DNA from: Fimicolochytrium jonesii
Lineage: Eukaryota
Reading direction: 5' to 3'
Assembly (NCBI RefSeq): GCF_025526975.1
Contig: NW_026515672.1
Coordinates: 124,001 to 188,000 of the forward strand
Length of the DNA stretch: 64,000 nucleotides
Position numbers and translations under genes: made by a program. The notes beneath the pieces are model-generated. The model made no database searches. It had not been told where the DNA came from and saw only the letters and a program-made list of their open reading frames with translations. Shown in pieces: positions 43,946 to 58,022 of the stretch; the first letter of the stretch is position 1, and each line of letters opens with the position of its first letter.

Positions 43946-44913
43946 TTCCGTAGAAGATGTTTTTTGCCTTTTCCTGGCTCATTTTTGGCAGGCCTGACCC
44001 ATCCTGCCGACAACCAACCCGTCTTCTACATATATAAACCTTCATGCTCTCGGAATACTCAAGTCAAGTGCCACTTTTCGTCACACGCCTTAACCACTCG
44101 GCCATCGCTGCTATCGTTCTCGTCTAGTCGTCCGAGGGCTGGCGCGGCAGCCTTCGCCAACGGGATTTCTGGTGACAGCGTTGCCAACGCCGCTGTCGCC
44201 CCGCCGTTCCCGAAGAAACAGTCCACGCCGTCCGCTTATGGACAGAAGTCGAAGCCGATACGCTTGTGAACACAGCGAGCGCATTCCTGTCTGTACGTAG
44301 TGTTGAGGACGTTCTTATCCACCTTGCTTTCACGGTGGCTATTGCGGCATGTTGCATATCGCCTCCGTCTCGAAGCGACATGTTTGAACTACTGTCAGGC
44401 GCTGTTGAAACTTGAGAGCGAGTGAAGCAATTAATTAACCCACTTATAATGGGGGCGGGCGAATGCGTCTCTCATCAAACCCCACTCCCATGTCGTCTCT
44501 CTCGCTCTCGCTCACAAACACCACACAACCTTCGCCGCAAACCTCGATTTCCCACGCTCTCAGACCACCCTCAGTTCTCTCCCGCACCGACTCACAGCCT
44601 ACGGTAAGTGCCATACTACGGGCTCAAGCTAGTCCCTCTCCTGTTTGTCCCTTCCCAGTTTCCCTCCTGACTGTTGTTGTCCCCCGAACACATGTTTCCT
44701 CCCACTACTTGCAAACCCCCCCAACTCGCAATCCCTCCCGTTACACCCTCCATCCTTCACCACCCTACCACCTACCCACTCTCGTCCCCTTATGTGAACC
44801 AATCAACCCTCCCGCTACAAAATCTCTCCCACAACCATGTCCTTTTATCCCCAAAAGTCAGCGATAAAGCCTAACCGATAAACCACAACCCCCCCCTTCC
44901 TCTTTTGGCCACG

Positions 44914-46302
44914 ATGAGCAAGACCCCTCCAGATGCGCCGTCCCCGGACCGGAAACGCTCCCTGGAAGCCGAAACCTCCTCCGACGAAGACGACGAACGC
45001 GGCGGCCGGTACAAGCGTCAGGCGATCAGTGTAGACGATAAGGCCGGGAACGATGCGGATAAGCCGCAGCCCGTGCCTGTGTCTGCGGACTCGAGGGCCA
45101 GATCTACCGGTGGATCGTTTAGTGTGAAGGAAGAGGAAGATGCGGTTGGAGCCTCCGTTTCTGATGAACTGGCGGGTGGGGCGGATGTCAAGAGAGAGGC
45201 GAACGGAAAGTCGGAACCGATATACCCGACGGCAGGCTCGCAATCGAACGTCCAAGTCGCCGCACCCGCCCCACGCCCCGACAAGGAGTTCCGCATGCGC
45301 GCGCTCATCTCCACCCGCGAAGCCGGGATCATCATCGGCAAGCAGGGCCGCAGCATCAACGACATCCGCAACCAATCCGGCGCAAAAGTCCAGATCTCCG
45401 ACCACATCCCTAACGCGCAAGACCGCATCCTCATGATCACGGGCCTAATGGACCAGATCTCCAAAGCCTTCTCCCTCGTCGCCGGCAAAATGGTCGCTGA
45501 GCTGCAGGACAACAGCGATATCCCCTTATCGCAGCGCTTGACAGAGATCCGCCTCCTCGTTCCGAACCAGATGATGGGCTGGCTCATCGGCCGACAATCA
45601 CAGAACATCAAGGAAATCATGCACAACTCCTCCGCGCAGATCCAGGCCGCTAGCGGGTCCTTGCCCAACTCCACGGAACGCGTCGTCAGCGTCGTGGGTG
45701 TAGTCGACGCCATCCATCTCGCGAGTTACCATATCGGCGTCTCCCTCCAAAACCACCGCGACGAGATCCGTGGATTCGTGCCCTATGTCCCCTTCGCGCC
45801 GATGAACCCGGCCGCGTACATGGGCGGCGCCGACGCACGCGGGATGGGCGGACCGGGCGGACCAGGCGGGTACGGCGCCCCGATGCCCTACGGATTCCCC
45901 GGCGCCCCCTTCATGCAGCAAGGCGGGCACCCCCACCACCCCCACCAACAACACCCTGCCCACATGATGCAACAACAAGCCGCCGCGTACGGGTACCCCC
46001 AAGGCATGCCCGGCGGCCCTCCCCCCGGCGGGCCCCCCAACAACGGCGCTCCAAACGGCCCCTCCCAGATGGTCCAGATGTACATCCCGAACGACATGGT
46101 CGGCGCGGTGATCGGCAAACAGGGCGCGCACATCAACGAGATCCGGCTGGCGAGCGGGTGCAAGATCAAGATCATGAGCGCGGATCGCAATAGCACAGAG
46201 ACGCTGGTTACTGTTACGGGCGCCCCCGAGGCGAACCAGATGGCGCTGTATATGCTTTATACGAGGTTGGAGAGTGAGAGGGCGAGGATGCAGGTTAGGT
46301 GA
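44914..46302 (+). CDS. Triple-KH-domain RNA-binding protein (Pbp2/Hek2/Rnc1, hnRNP K/PCBP-like)
   Basis: Three KH repeats: AGIIIGKQGRSINDIR, MGWLIGRQSQNIKEI, VGAVIGKQGAHINEIR. Confidence 0.92.
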   Translation: MSKTPPDAPSPDRKRSLEAETSSDEDDERGGRYKRQAISVDDKAGNDADKPQPVPVSADSRARSTGGSFSVKEEEDAVGASVSDELAGGADVKREANGKSEPIYPTAGSQSNVQVAAPAPRPDKEFRMRALISTREAGIIIGKQGRSINDIRNQSGAKVQISDHIPNAQDRILMITGLMDQISKAFSLVAGKMVAELQDNSDIPLSQRLTEIRLLVPNQMMGWLIGRQSQNIKEIMHNSSAQIQAASGSLPNSTERVVSVVGVVDAIHLASYHIGVSLQNHRDEIRGFVPYVPFAPMNPAAYMGGADARGMGGPGGPGGYGAPMPYGFPGAPFMQQGGHPHHPHQQHPAHMMQQQAAAYGYPQGMPGGPPPGGPPNNGAPNGPSQMVQMYIPNDMVGAVIGKQGAHINEIRLASGCKIKIMSADRNSTETLVTVTGAPEANQMALYMLYTRLESERARMQVR

Positions 46303-46823
46303 GCGGGTGGGAGGGGGGGTGAGGGAGGAGGTGTTTACGAGCTTAAAAATATGGAGCGAAGGGGGTGGAGTGGAACGTATGGAGTGGGGTTATTGGGGGG
46401 CGTTGCAACGGAGTAGCTTTTGTCGGGTGCGTGTGTGTGATTGTCCTCAGTTTAAACAATTGTTGGGAAAGGGAGAACGTTTTGTGTGTCCTCATCTTGT
46501 CTGCCGTCTTCTATGCTGGATGCTGGTTTCCAATCAAACGGGAAAAAGAAGTCAAATTCATGGTGAAAACATTGCAAGCAGACCCGGTACATATTTACGA
46601 TTTTGCATTGATTAATACCATCGAGACTCAAGAGGATATTGAGCAGAAAACGGTAGTAACAGATTCGTCAGTCAAAAATGTACACTATAAATCATTCTAT
46701 TCTATAGTTTTCGAGATGGGGGGGGGGGGGGGAAAGATGGGGGCCTAAAACGTCTATTCTACCATCCGCAACCACGGCCTCCTCCCTAACGCCCTAACCC
46801 CCCTCCTCATGCCCCCTCTCGCC

Positions 46824-49091
46824 CTATTTCTTCAAAAACCCAAACATGCCCTTCCCCTCCTTAACCACCTGCGGAGCCAACGCCGGCATCCCCGGATTCT
46901 CCTCCCTCAACTCCCTCAACCGTTCCTCGGCCCTCTTCTCCCCCCTCCCGCTTGCAAGCTGATACCACACCACCGCCTTCTCCAAACTCTTTTGGCATCC
47001 GATCCCGGCCTCGCAAAAGAACCCGATGGCGTATTGGGATTCGGCGTGGTTTTGTTTGGCCGCCCGGTACGTCCAGGCGTAGGCTTCGGATTCGTTCTTG
47101 GGGACGAGGGGGGGGAAGCCGTGGAGGTACCAGCCCGCCAGGACGAATTGTGCCTCGGGGTGCCCGTGTTCGGCGGCGCGGCCGTACCAGTACAAGGCTG
47201 CTTGCTGTTGTGTGGAGGGGGGGGGGGGGGGGGGGGTCAGCATGTGCTCAGAACTCCATGGGGTGTCCTTCATAATAACGGTTGACAACTTCAAACGTCC
47301 ACATACCAGATCCTTAGCACACCCCAACCTCCCAAACTCATAACAGCTCGCCAACACATTCTGCGCCGGCGGATACTCCAACTCACTCGCCTCCTTATAC
47401 AGCCCCAACGCATACCCCTCATCCTGCTGAATATGCGGCGGCACGCCCTCCTCATATATCTTCGCCAGCTCATACAGACACTCCGGGTGCTCCGTATCCG
47501 CCACAGCTGCACCGCGCTTGAACCACATGACCGCTTTCCGGACATCGCGTTTGGTGCCAAGGAGACCCTGGTATTCGATCATCCCGAGCCGGTATAGGGC
47601 GGGGCGGTAGCCGGCTTGTGCGGATTTGGTGTAAAAGTCCATGGAGATCTTTGTGGATTTTTTGGTGCCGGCGCCTTTTTCAGAGAGGACGCCGAGGAGG
47701 TACATGGCGCCCGGGTGGGAGCGTTTGGCGGCGGCGAGGAGTTGGGGGTGCGCGAGGGTGTATTGGGTGTCTTCGAAGTAGGCTTGTCCGAGTGTGAACT
47801 GAAAGGAATCATACTGCATCAGCAGTGCTACAATGTCCTCATTTCGCAAAAATGGTCTCACCATGGCATCCGGATTCCCCGCCTTGCTAAGCTCCTTCAG
47901 CAGCGCAAACGCCTCCTCGCTCAGCTTATCCTTCAACGCATTATCCGTCGTCTTCCCACTCTCATCCAACAGATACTTTGCGAAATCAAACCTCAGCCGG
48001 TCATCCCCGCTCTTCAAAGCGTTCATTCTGTACATCTCGAGCGTTTTCTCGAGAGAGACTTTGGAGACTTTCGAGCCTGATTGCTGCTGTTGATTCCCTG
48101 CCGCGTTGGGTTTGGGTGGTGGGCCATTTGGCCGTTTCACGGAGTAGCTTCGAAACGTTGGTTTGGGCCCCTCTGGAGGCGGCCCACTGATTTCCATACT
48201 CGACAGGGCTTCGGAGAGCCGCAGACTGTCCGTTGACTCGCTACCAGAGTCAACTGCTTCTGAGTGCGCATGGGAGGGTATCGACGGGTTAGACGACGGT
48301 CTGGAAAGACGGGCCGAGTTCCCGCTGAGCCTTTGTTGATTGAGATTCTCGGCAGATACTGATGACGGTCTCGATCCACTGACGCCGGGCGATAAGCTCG
48401 AGTTCGAATGCGCAGATCGTGGGCCATCCCGATCCGGATGTAGCGCTTGGTTCGGGGAAAGTCGATGGTTTGCTGGTGGTGGAGGACGGCTCATATGCGC
48501 TGGATGTGGTTGGGCCGGCTGCGGTTGTCCCGGATGTGCTTGTCCCGGATGTGGCTGCCCAGGATGCATAGGCGGCCTCATGTATTGCGCTGGATGCATT
48601 GGAGGAGGCCCGTTAGGATCATAATAACGGTCTGCCAGTGGTGGCGCGCCATAACCTGGCCCTTGCGGCGGTGGAGGTCGAGCATACTGGGGTCGTGGGT
48701 GATATGCTCCATTTGGTGGTGGCGGCCCGTACGGCTGCCCATGTGGTGGACCATGTGGCGGTCCGTAAGGCGGCCCTTGCGGTGGTGGGCCGGGGTAATG
48801 ATGTGGGCGTTGTTGTTGCTGCTGCTGCTGAAACTGCGGTGGTGGTGGGCCGGGTCTGTATTCCATAGGCGGCCTTCCCGGGGCGTGTGGCTATTGAATT
48901 GAACCAGTAAGGAGCTGGAAAAGTGAATGCAGATACGGGTCTGCCAAACTTACCTGCGCATATTGCATTGGTGGGCCATGGTTAGAATACAAAGCAGAAC
49001 TTGCTGATGGCGGAGCCTGCTGGGGGCGGTGGTGTTGGGGTTGAGGAGCCTGAGAAAACCCCCCAGCGGGGTCCCGTTCCTGCTCAGACAT
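46824..49091 (-). CDS. Sel1-repeat protein, chitin synthase activator Chs4/Skt5-like
   Basis: Pro/Gln-rich N-terminus, LEMYRMNALKSGD..RFDFAKYL, multiple SEL1 repeats (AVMWFKRGA, CYEFGRLGC, LAGWYLHG, SQYAIGFFCEAGIG). Confidence 0.8.
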
Positions 49092-49806
49092 TTCGCGTTT
49101 TCAAGCGGGTACTGCCCACAAGCATTGATACTTTTGTGTAGGACAGCGACGGGGTCTCCGTGGCACTCTCGCCCAACAAAATAGACGCTATGAGCAGGAA
49201 GTCGGGGGGGAAGGTCGTGGATGAAAGTGCAGCGTCGACCGCGGAAGTGCTTTGAGTGCTGAGCGCCAGTAGATTCCGGTTGTAAGACAGATATGACCGA
49301 TAGTTCACGCCACTCCTAAGCCGTCCTGGCAACCCTTTTTATGAGGAAAAAAGCGAGGCAGATGGGGAGCGTCCCTTGTACGAAATGTGTGCCAGCGGGA
49401 TACTGTATGCCAGTGTATGGTTTGCCCGCAGCGAGCGAGTTTGTGGTGGCAGCGAACGGTCATGAAGCGGCGATCTTGGAAGCCAAGAAGTTTAATTTTA
49501 AGTCGGTGGATTGGAGACTCTTCTAAACTGCGCCCTAATCAAACGCGGCCGATTGGGTGTTTTTGGGTTTAAGGGGCGGTCTGTTTGCGCGAAGGACTGT
49601 CCCAGTGTCCTGCAAACGTCATGATTGCAAGCCCTCTCTCGGTCGGAGCTTGTAAACAACAACCTCCTGCTCGCCACTCTCAGCAAAGGACTACCTAGAA
49701 TACTTCTACCTCCCACCACCGTGCCGGCTGGTGCAAAGTGCGGTACGGTGCCTTATACATACGCACCTTGCGTGACGTTATTTGCCAGCCTACCGCCCTC
49801 CGGAAA

Positions 49807-51503
49807 ATGACTTCGAAACACGACGCCTTCGACACCAAGGTTCGGCTTCGACGCTACGACCGCAGAATATCTCGCGCAAAAGCACACGCTCGAGAAGGTA
49901 TGTTGTGACTCCAGAGCCAGCTTTCTCAGGGCAACTTCGGAAATAAAGAGGCAGGTCTCACTCAATTCTGCTGGCGATTCACAGAACTCGACTCCTTTGG
50001 CTGGTCCAAGCACAAATATTACAAACTTGACCTGTGGCCACGAGCACCCTATCGCACGGCTCCTAGGATAGACTACGATACTGTCGACGAGGATGACTTC
50101 ATTCGCCACTTTGAAGAGCCAGGGGTCCCTGTTGTCATTATGGGCGCTACAAAAAGCTGGGATGCTGCAAAGAACTGGACTCCGGAGGGACTGCTGAGGG
50201 ATTTTAGGTAGGGATATACGAATGCGGTGGATATTTATGTTTCGCCCAAGATCACTCTCAAACTCACCACGCAAAGGAACGAAAAATACAAAGGTATCGG
50301 GTCGATGTCGAAGATAGATGTCTCACACGTTACTCGAATAGCCATCTAATGTGACCGCTCAACATCAGTGGGAGAAACAAACAAAGGCACAACCGTAAAA
50401 ATCTCCATGAAGTACTTCCTCCACTACGCCCTCACCTCTAAAGAATCCCAGAAGGACGACTCCCCGCTCTACATCTTCGACAGCAGATTCGCTGACAAAA
50501 CTCCCACCTCTTCATCATCATCCTCACATTCCCGGAAGAAGCGGAAACGGTCCCGGTCAACCTCATCTCACCGGCCCCGCAATCTGCGGGATGATTATGA
50601 GATTCCGAAATATTTCAGGGATGATCTGTTTGCTTTGACGGGGGAGAAGAGGAGGCCGCCGTACCGGTGGATTGTGATTGGACCTGCGCGGAGTGGGACG
50701 GGGATTCATCTGGTATGGTATGGCAGAGCATTCCCAGACATATCCAACTCGTAAGCGGAAGACTCAAAACATCCTCCTCACAAACCAGGACCCGCTAGGA
50801 ACCTCAGCATGGAACGCCGTCCTAACCGGGCACAAGCGCTGGGTCCTCTTCCCTCCCACCACACCCCCACATCTCATCGAACCGCGAAATTTACCCGACC
50901 ACGAAGCTTCGTCGTGGTTCGCCCATGTCTTGCCGACCATGTATGTGGTCGATGGAGAAGGGAGGACGCTGGGAGAGAGGTTGGGGATGATTGAGATTGT
51001 GCAGGGGCCTGGGGAGACGGTCTTCGTGCCGGGGGGTTGGTGGCATGTTGTTATCAATCTGGGTGAGTGGCTTAAAGCAATAGAGATGGACGCAAAGTCT
51101 GTTCGAGCATTCAACAATTACATCGCGATAAAATCCCATCGGCACTGACCCCCACCAACCACACACCCCCACCCCAGACTACACAACAGCAATCACCCAA
51201 AACTTCCTCTCCTTCACCAACCTCGACTCCGTCTGGCTGCGCACACGGGACTCGCGCCCGAAACTCGCGCGGCGACTCTTGCAGCGGATCGAGGAGCTCG
51301 CCACTCCACTATCGAGATCCACAAAACCGAAGAAGAGGGGGAAGGAAGGGGAGGAGTTGCATGCCGAGTTTTATGCACGGTGCAGGGATAAGATCCGGGC
51401 GTTGCGGATGGTGCCGAGGGTTCCGCCTTCCTCTTCATCCTCGTCGTCCTCTTCGTCTTCATCGTCTTCATCGGGTTCAGATGAGAGCAGTGGTAGCGAA
51501 TAG
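49807..51503 (+). CDS. JMJD6: JmjC-domain hydroxylase/demethylase JMJD6 (PSR)
   Basis: [29 protein letters not shown]...[55 protein letters not shown], poly-Ser tail. Confidence 0.9.
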
Positions 51504-51873
51504 CGATTACGCTATGCTAGATAATCTATTCTTATCAAACAGGCAGAGCCCGATAGCGGTATGAGGGAAGAGAGAGTGGGGGTTACTAAGCCCTCGGGAT
51601 GCAGGCGCGGGGATGAGGTATCGGTAGCAGAAGACGATATAGCAAACGAGAGAAGTACTTCTATCGTAAGGGAGGAGGGGTAAAAAGACCAAAAGTAAAA
51701 CGCGACCGAAAGAAATAACAAAAAACTAAAAGGCAAGCTAACTGTACAAGAAAAAGAAAGTCGGTTGACGGTGGTCGGGTGGTGTCCAAAGATCGAGCGG
51801 GGTGATTCGGAGTTATGGCGGGCCGGGATATATATGGCTTGCTTGCGTGCGGGATACGACAGGTGATTCCATT

Positions 51874-54800
51874 TCACTTGACATGGAACCCCGCACTCCA
51901 CGTAATCGCCATCATCAGCTTCCGCTCCAACTTCCCTCTTGACGAATACTTATATATCCCAATCTGGTTGAAACATGTATGTGATATCGGTAAATTCTCC
52001 GAGTCCTTAAAAAATCATAGAATCAGCAGTGAGGTCCTGCAATCAATGGATACTCCGATGACGACAGGTTACCTCGCCCATGCAACTGAGTTTGAAGGTC
52101 ATGTTCTGGATCCCGGTGGCGGGGATCCGGTCTGTGCCTGTGGCGAAGAGGAGAAGTTTGCGTTTTTGGTCGGTGGGGAAGGCGTTCACGACGTCCCAGA
52201 ACATGCGGACAGCCGGGTCGGTGGGTTCGAATCTAAAAAAACAGGAAACACATGGTGCGACCAATTCAATCTCGGTAACAGGAAAAAAAAACAATCAGAG
52301 GGCGATCCCACAAACTCACCCCTCATACTCCGTAACCCCCTCCAAATCCCTGATATCCAACTCCGTCGCGCCCCTCACCATCAACTCAATCTCCTGCGGG
52401 CTAAACAAACTCAACGCGTTCCCCCCGCACACATACTTGAACCCCGCCTTGAACGCGCTAAACTGCGTCTCAATACTCTCATTCAGGGCCCAACTCACAT
52501 ACTTCTCCACAAACTCCGTGCGGTTCAGATTCGTCACGGGGGTGTTTTCGCCGTTGGGGATGAGCGGGACACGGATGGTCTGGCCGAACGCTTCGTATTC
52601 TGCGACAAAGTCGCGGCAGAAGGTGGTTTCGACGTCCGGGGAGGTGTACTCGAGGAGGTGTTGGAGGCCGCGGGTGAGGGTGGGGCGGAGGATCTTGAGG
52701 TCCTCGATGTCGGTGGGTTGGTCTAGGAGCTTTTTGTAGCAGGCTAGGGGGAAGTGGATCTGGTAGGGGGGGTTCAAGCATCGCCGTCAGTCGCTATCCA
52801 ACTCCACGTTGACCGATTGAGAAAACATGATTGTACATCAAGAATGTTGGAATTATGTATCGCCAACCCAAGGATAATCCCCACCAATCGAAACTCCTCC
52901 GTATTCTCAAACGACGCCGGGTTGAACCAACACAGGTTGCTGTCCTCCTCGTAGATGAACATCCCATATTGCGGGTCAAAGAGGTCCCGGACCAGCAGCA
53001 AGAACCACTCTTTCGTCAGGCCTCCGGCGTCAACCCCGTCCTCGTCTGCCGAAGGTTGGTCAATGTGATGAGTACCAACACTCTTTCCTACCAGAATATC
53101 GATGGTAAGTCTCAAAGCTTACTCATAAACTCGATCCGAAGCTTCTTCTTCAAATCAAAATGCCGCGACTGGAGCTGATTCAACGAATCTTCGATGAGGT
53201 TGTTTCGTCGGATGTGTAGCGAGAGGAATGGATCGGTGACGAGACCGTGTAGTGCTGTTCGGTAGAAAGCTTCTTTGAACCTATCGGGGTCGGGATGGAT
53301 GTGGTTGGTAATGGGTCGGAAACATCAAGCAAAACGCCTGGCCTACCTTTCCGCCATTTGCCGTTTTGCATCTGCTTCCATTATCTGCGCCTCGGCCTTT
53401 CAGCCCCGTGTTCGCTTTCACAACATCGATGCCTTCAATATATCAAATCTGCATACCTGCATCTTCCCCCCCAACGACACCAAGAACGGATACTGACAAA
53501 ACGAAAACGCCCTAAAAACCCGATGTGAGCATTTCTTTCGCAACGTAAAGCAAACAGAGCGCCGACGTCCTACCCAGTCCGATCTTCCTGCCATATCTTG
53601 AAATCCCGATACAGATCTACGTAATCTACAAGGGTATTGTAAAGCTCGGCCATTGGTAATGGGTCTGCTCTCCGTCCGTTTGTCGCATCTGATAGCAAGC
53701 CATGTCAGAGTCCATAATGTCGGCAACAAGCTGCAATGGTCCTTTGACATACGTAAAAGCGCCATAAACCTCGCCGCCGACCGAATCGGCCAATCCGTCG
53801 GATAATTCTCCCGCATCCCCTCTATCTGCGCCAGACGATAGCTGATAAAGTAATTTACCAGCGTGACGCGTTGTCCAAAGACGGCCGTGGGGACTTTGTT
53901 AAGCCAGACGACGAGGTGGTGATGGAGGTCGTTGGGGAGACAGGAGAGGAGGCCGAGGAGGCGCGAAACGACGGAGTGGACGTAGGACTGTTCGAGGTCT
54001 GGTGGGGGTTTTAGAAAGAGGGGGTTCTGGTGGGAAGAGAGATGATGAGATGGCGAGTATGGTAGAGATACGATACGTCCTTCTCGACTCACCTCTACTA
54101 GTATTATGAGGAATCTGATGTCTTCGGGTTGTTGGAGCTGCCTGCATAGACACCTCAGTCAACCCCGCGCCGCTATAACCGACCAGCTCCCGCCCGCCAT
54201 GTACCTTCCAGGCCGCCTCAGCAATTCATCGATTCCTGCTATCATAGCTCGCTGCGCCGCTACACCCTATTTCCGCCGTCGTGTTCAGATCCATACCGCT
54301 TGAATCCACATAGATGCAGCGAGGGGCAACCACTCACATTCCGCGCAATGAGCTGGTAGACTTCCCGCACGTCATCCAACGCGACTCCCGAATCGTCCAC
54401 ATTCGTCGTTCTCCCCTAGATTCGACACATTTTCAGTCGGTGTGTGGAAAGATGACCAGCATCGTCGTCCCCGATACCCAAACCCGCGCCCATACATTCA
54501 AAAAGCTCTCGTTAAGACTATAATGCCTCGAGAACAGCTGGTATATCGCGTTATCGATCTGCTCCCTCGTCAATTCCGGGTTGGACAACAGATCCCGGAT
54601 CGTCGGGAGGGTGAAGGTTGCGCCGTTTCCTGTCCCTCCAGCTGCTCCAGTGTGGTTGTTAGTTGCGAGTTCGTCTAACGGGGGGGTTAAGGCGTGCTTC
54701 CTTACGTTGTGGAGGAGGCGGTCGTATTGGGACTAGATCTGTGACACCTGTTGAGAGGAGAGTTGGTTGGACAAGTGGAAAGTTAGAGCTGCTACGTTCG

Positions 54801-55120
54801 TTCGCCGTCGTAGCTCTCCACAAAAGCGGAATACTGACAGTCACAAACTGTGCATCCTGAAAGATAGGGTGGAGTATCAGTAACCACAACGTATAACGTA
54901 TTTTTTCAAACCCTGTTGCCGGACGACGGGCATACTCACTAAAACAAGGAACGTTTCCGGGGAACTTGAGAAGATTCGCACAACACATGCATCTGCAATT
55001 CGAGAATGTGTCAGCACATGCCGTGTCCTTTTGTCGATATCCGCGGTTGCAAGACAAGGTAAGTTTCAGATGTAGAGATACGTACGTTGTCCTGCTCTCC
55101 TCCGGGTATTGGTTTATCAT
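51874..55120 (-). CDS. HUL4: HECT E3 ubiquitin ligase, Hul4/HECTD2-like (an upstream exon near 55324 is possible)
   Basis: N-terminal CMCC...FRCTVCD, DWPIRSAARFMALL, FSFCQYPFLVSLGGK, EDGVDAGGLTKEWFLLL, LLFATGTDRIP, HTCFNQ catalytic Cys. Confidence 0.88.
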
Positions 55121-55852
55121 GGCTCTACTCTACTTAAGTCGTTGCTTGTGGGGGGGGTAAGAGAGGGGGCAAGAGCTGCGAAGGTGGCCAGCAAACACCC
55201 GTGCCCAGATCCAAAGCATGCATGACACGCCGCACTTTGGAGAGAGTGGAGTCGTGGACACGGACACGCTTGTGGGTGGTGACTCATCACCCATCGACAA
55301 TTTCGAGATGGAGACGACATCCATATGGGACAAGTGGCAGGAAACCAACGCAATCATATGCTCTCCTTTTTTGGTCCGAGATGGGGAGAGAGCTCTAGTT
55401 GAGAAAACATACGCTCCCAAGCTATCCCTCCCGCGATGCAACTCCCAGCTCAATCGAGACCAGCCGCTATACAATAATAAGGGGAGCATCCATGTCCGGC
55501 GTCTCGAGTAGGTCGGCGGGGCACGTGCCAAAAGCCAAAGCGGTTGTCGCGCCGAGGAGGAGGGAATGATGATTGGCATGTGCTTGCTTGTTCCCTCTCG
55601 CGATCTCGTACAGACGCTCGCTCGCTTGCCGTTTTTAGACCGTCAACCCCCCACGCACGCCGTCGTTTTCACCCCCCCCCCCCCCCCCCCCCCCAACCAA
55701 CCAACTGCCTGCAGCTCTTATCAAAAAGAAACCCCTGTAACTTTCTTCACCCCCCCACGCACGACTATATACGCGCTTATCCCGTTTCGCTGCACTTTCC
55801 CACGCTCAACGACCCACCGCACGCATATCCACAGCCCCATACCTTCCGCACA

Positions 55853-57643
55853 ATGGCCACCCCAGCGCCGCCAACTGGACCCGACCGAGGCGTAGTCTCC
55901 ACCAACGTCGCTTCCACCTCCACCACCACCTCCTCCTCGCAATCAATGACCTCCACAGCCCTCGACAACGTCAGCTCCACTTTCACCAACTTGATCTCCA
56001 GAGGTCGGAAAGCCACCATGCCTTCCGTCGACTGGAGGGAGATACCTCAACCGGTGCCCCTAGTCAAAGTCGTATCGCAACCGAGTGCGCCTGGATCGAA
56101 TTCTATCAAATATGTCGCGACTGGGATCACCCCGCAGGCTGAGCAGATTCTATCGCAGCTGCCTGTTCCGCTTCATATCGTCGCTTTTACTGGGTTTGGA
56201 AGGTGAGTCCGAGCCATGTGAGGCCGAGCGGAGCGAGACCGAGCGAAGCGAGGGGATGCTTGAGGGTTCCGAACCCAACTGGGCCGGTGCGAAGCGAGGC
56301 ACACGAATGCTCTTGAGGATTCCGAGCGATAGCGGAGCGCGAGGTCTGCTCGCTTCATCGGAGGATCGGAGACACTTCGCGCAGAGTGCATGGGACAGTT
56401 TTCGCTCGCTTCAAAATGGATACTTATGTTTACCTCTTTTCCTCTTTTCAGATCAGGGAAGTCGTTTACGGCATCGAAAGTGCGACAACACATGACTGGA
56501 AACGAAGATCACAAATTCACGAGTGCTCCTGGGAACGTTCCGTGCACACACGGCATCGACATGATTGTTTTCGAGAATCCACGAGGACCCGGTACTATCG
56601 TCTTTCTGGATTGCGAAGGAGGAGCGAATCACAATCAATCAGCGTTACCATTCGTTATTGGGTTGGCTGCTCGGTTGTCGACCAGGATGTACGCATTTGA
56701 GCGGGGATGCTTCACGACGGGAGGGTTGGACACGGTCATGCAGGTTATCAATATGGGGCATGCAACCAGCGCGGATGAGGTGGACATAACCCGGCAGCTG
56801 GTGCTCGTGGAGAACATGTCGATAAATGGAGATATCCCAGACCGACGGCTCTTAGATGATCTGCTGTGTGAAGAGGATGGGGACGAACAGACGAATCGCG
56901 TGAGGAAACTCATTCGCGAGAGATTCGACGTGAGCTTTGCGAAGCTACCCTTCACCATGCCCGGCAACCAGCACCTATTCCTCGAATCGGTCGCGACACT
57001 GGCAGACACACTAGGGGACTCGCTGACCCCTTTCGTTGTCGGCGGCGTGCCAGTAGACGGACCCGTAGTAGTCCAGCTCATCAGCGAGCTCCTCGCACAG
57101 ATCCGCGACGGTGGAAACCGGTTCAACATGGTCTCTGCAACCGAAGCCCTCGTCGCAAACATGGCCTCAGAAGCCGCCAACTCCGTCTGGACCGATTTCA
57201 TCGCCAAAGTCCGCAAACAGGGCAACCACCCCGTCCAAATCACCGGCCGCAAACACCTCCGCACCATCCTCCGCGAAGTCGAAGGCGCCGCCAACCTCTG
57301 TCTCAACGAACTCGAATCTTTCACCTCCAAACTCGTCCCGAACGAACCCGCCGCCATCGCGAAATCCACCTGGGACAGGAACTACCGCAACTTTGAGATG
57401 GACATCCGCGCGGCACATAAACGTAAAGCGGACGATCTGGCGAAATATACCCAGTGGGCGGACCGCGTTAACCGCATTGTAAGCGAGATTGTGGCACAGG
57501 TGGTGGAGGCGATCCGACAGTTTATTCGATTTGCACGGTTTTCGACGAGTTTGGTGCTGATGAGCAATTACTACTTTTGGAGGAGCTCGTTCAATATCGC
57601 GACGGGGATTGCGCAGGGGGTCATTACCGGTGTCACGTCTTGA
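55853..57643 (+). CDS. GBP/atlastin-type (GB1/RHD3) large GTPase
   Basis: G1 IVAFTGFGR|SGKS split by intron 56203-56451; G2 PCTHGI; G3 FLDCEG; helical C-terminal region. Confidence 0.8.
56209..56412 (+). repeat. Intronic GCGAAGC/GCGATAGC-rich repeat family, copy C
   Basis: GAGCGAAGCGAGGGGATGCTTGAGGGTTCCGA (56241-56272) and CTTGAGGATTCCGAGCGATAGCG (56312-56334) match the blocks in copies A and B. Confidence 0.8.
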
Positions 57644-58022
57644 ATGCACTCTTCGGCGTGTTGGCGATCTCGTGAAATGGCGCAGGCAATACCCCCTTTC
57701 ATTCTGTGCTCCCGAACGTAGTCATCCATTCTCAACCGTTTTTGAGTAGCATGCAACATCAGTCTGCGACTCTGCGAATATATCCTTGCCGGCTGGAAGA
57801 TGTTCTCCAGCGCGACATCGGCGAACCGCCTCCTCTTTCTCCGTGTGGGGCTTTTGTTTAGACAGCACGCTTAATTGTAATTTCTTCATAATATCAAATC
57901 ATCACATTCATTTTTCTTGAAGATCAGTGTCTCGTCGTCCTCTACCTTCAAAGGCCACCTAAGAGAATCTAACCCTGCTACAACTATCCCCTATCCCCTA
58001 CTCCCTAACAAACCCCCCGCTC

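Noticed and set aside
43964..44420. Small gene downstream of the tRNA
   Set aside because: The protein-like stretch is interrupted by a stop and has no supported start; not callable.
51815..52726. 303-aa plus-strand ORF and the many other short ORFs overlapping genes
   Set aside because: Antisense or alternative-frame artefacts of GC-rich coding sequence (here HUL4).
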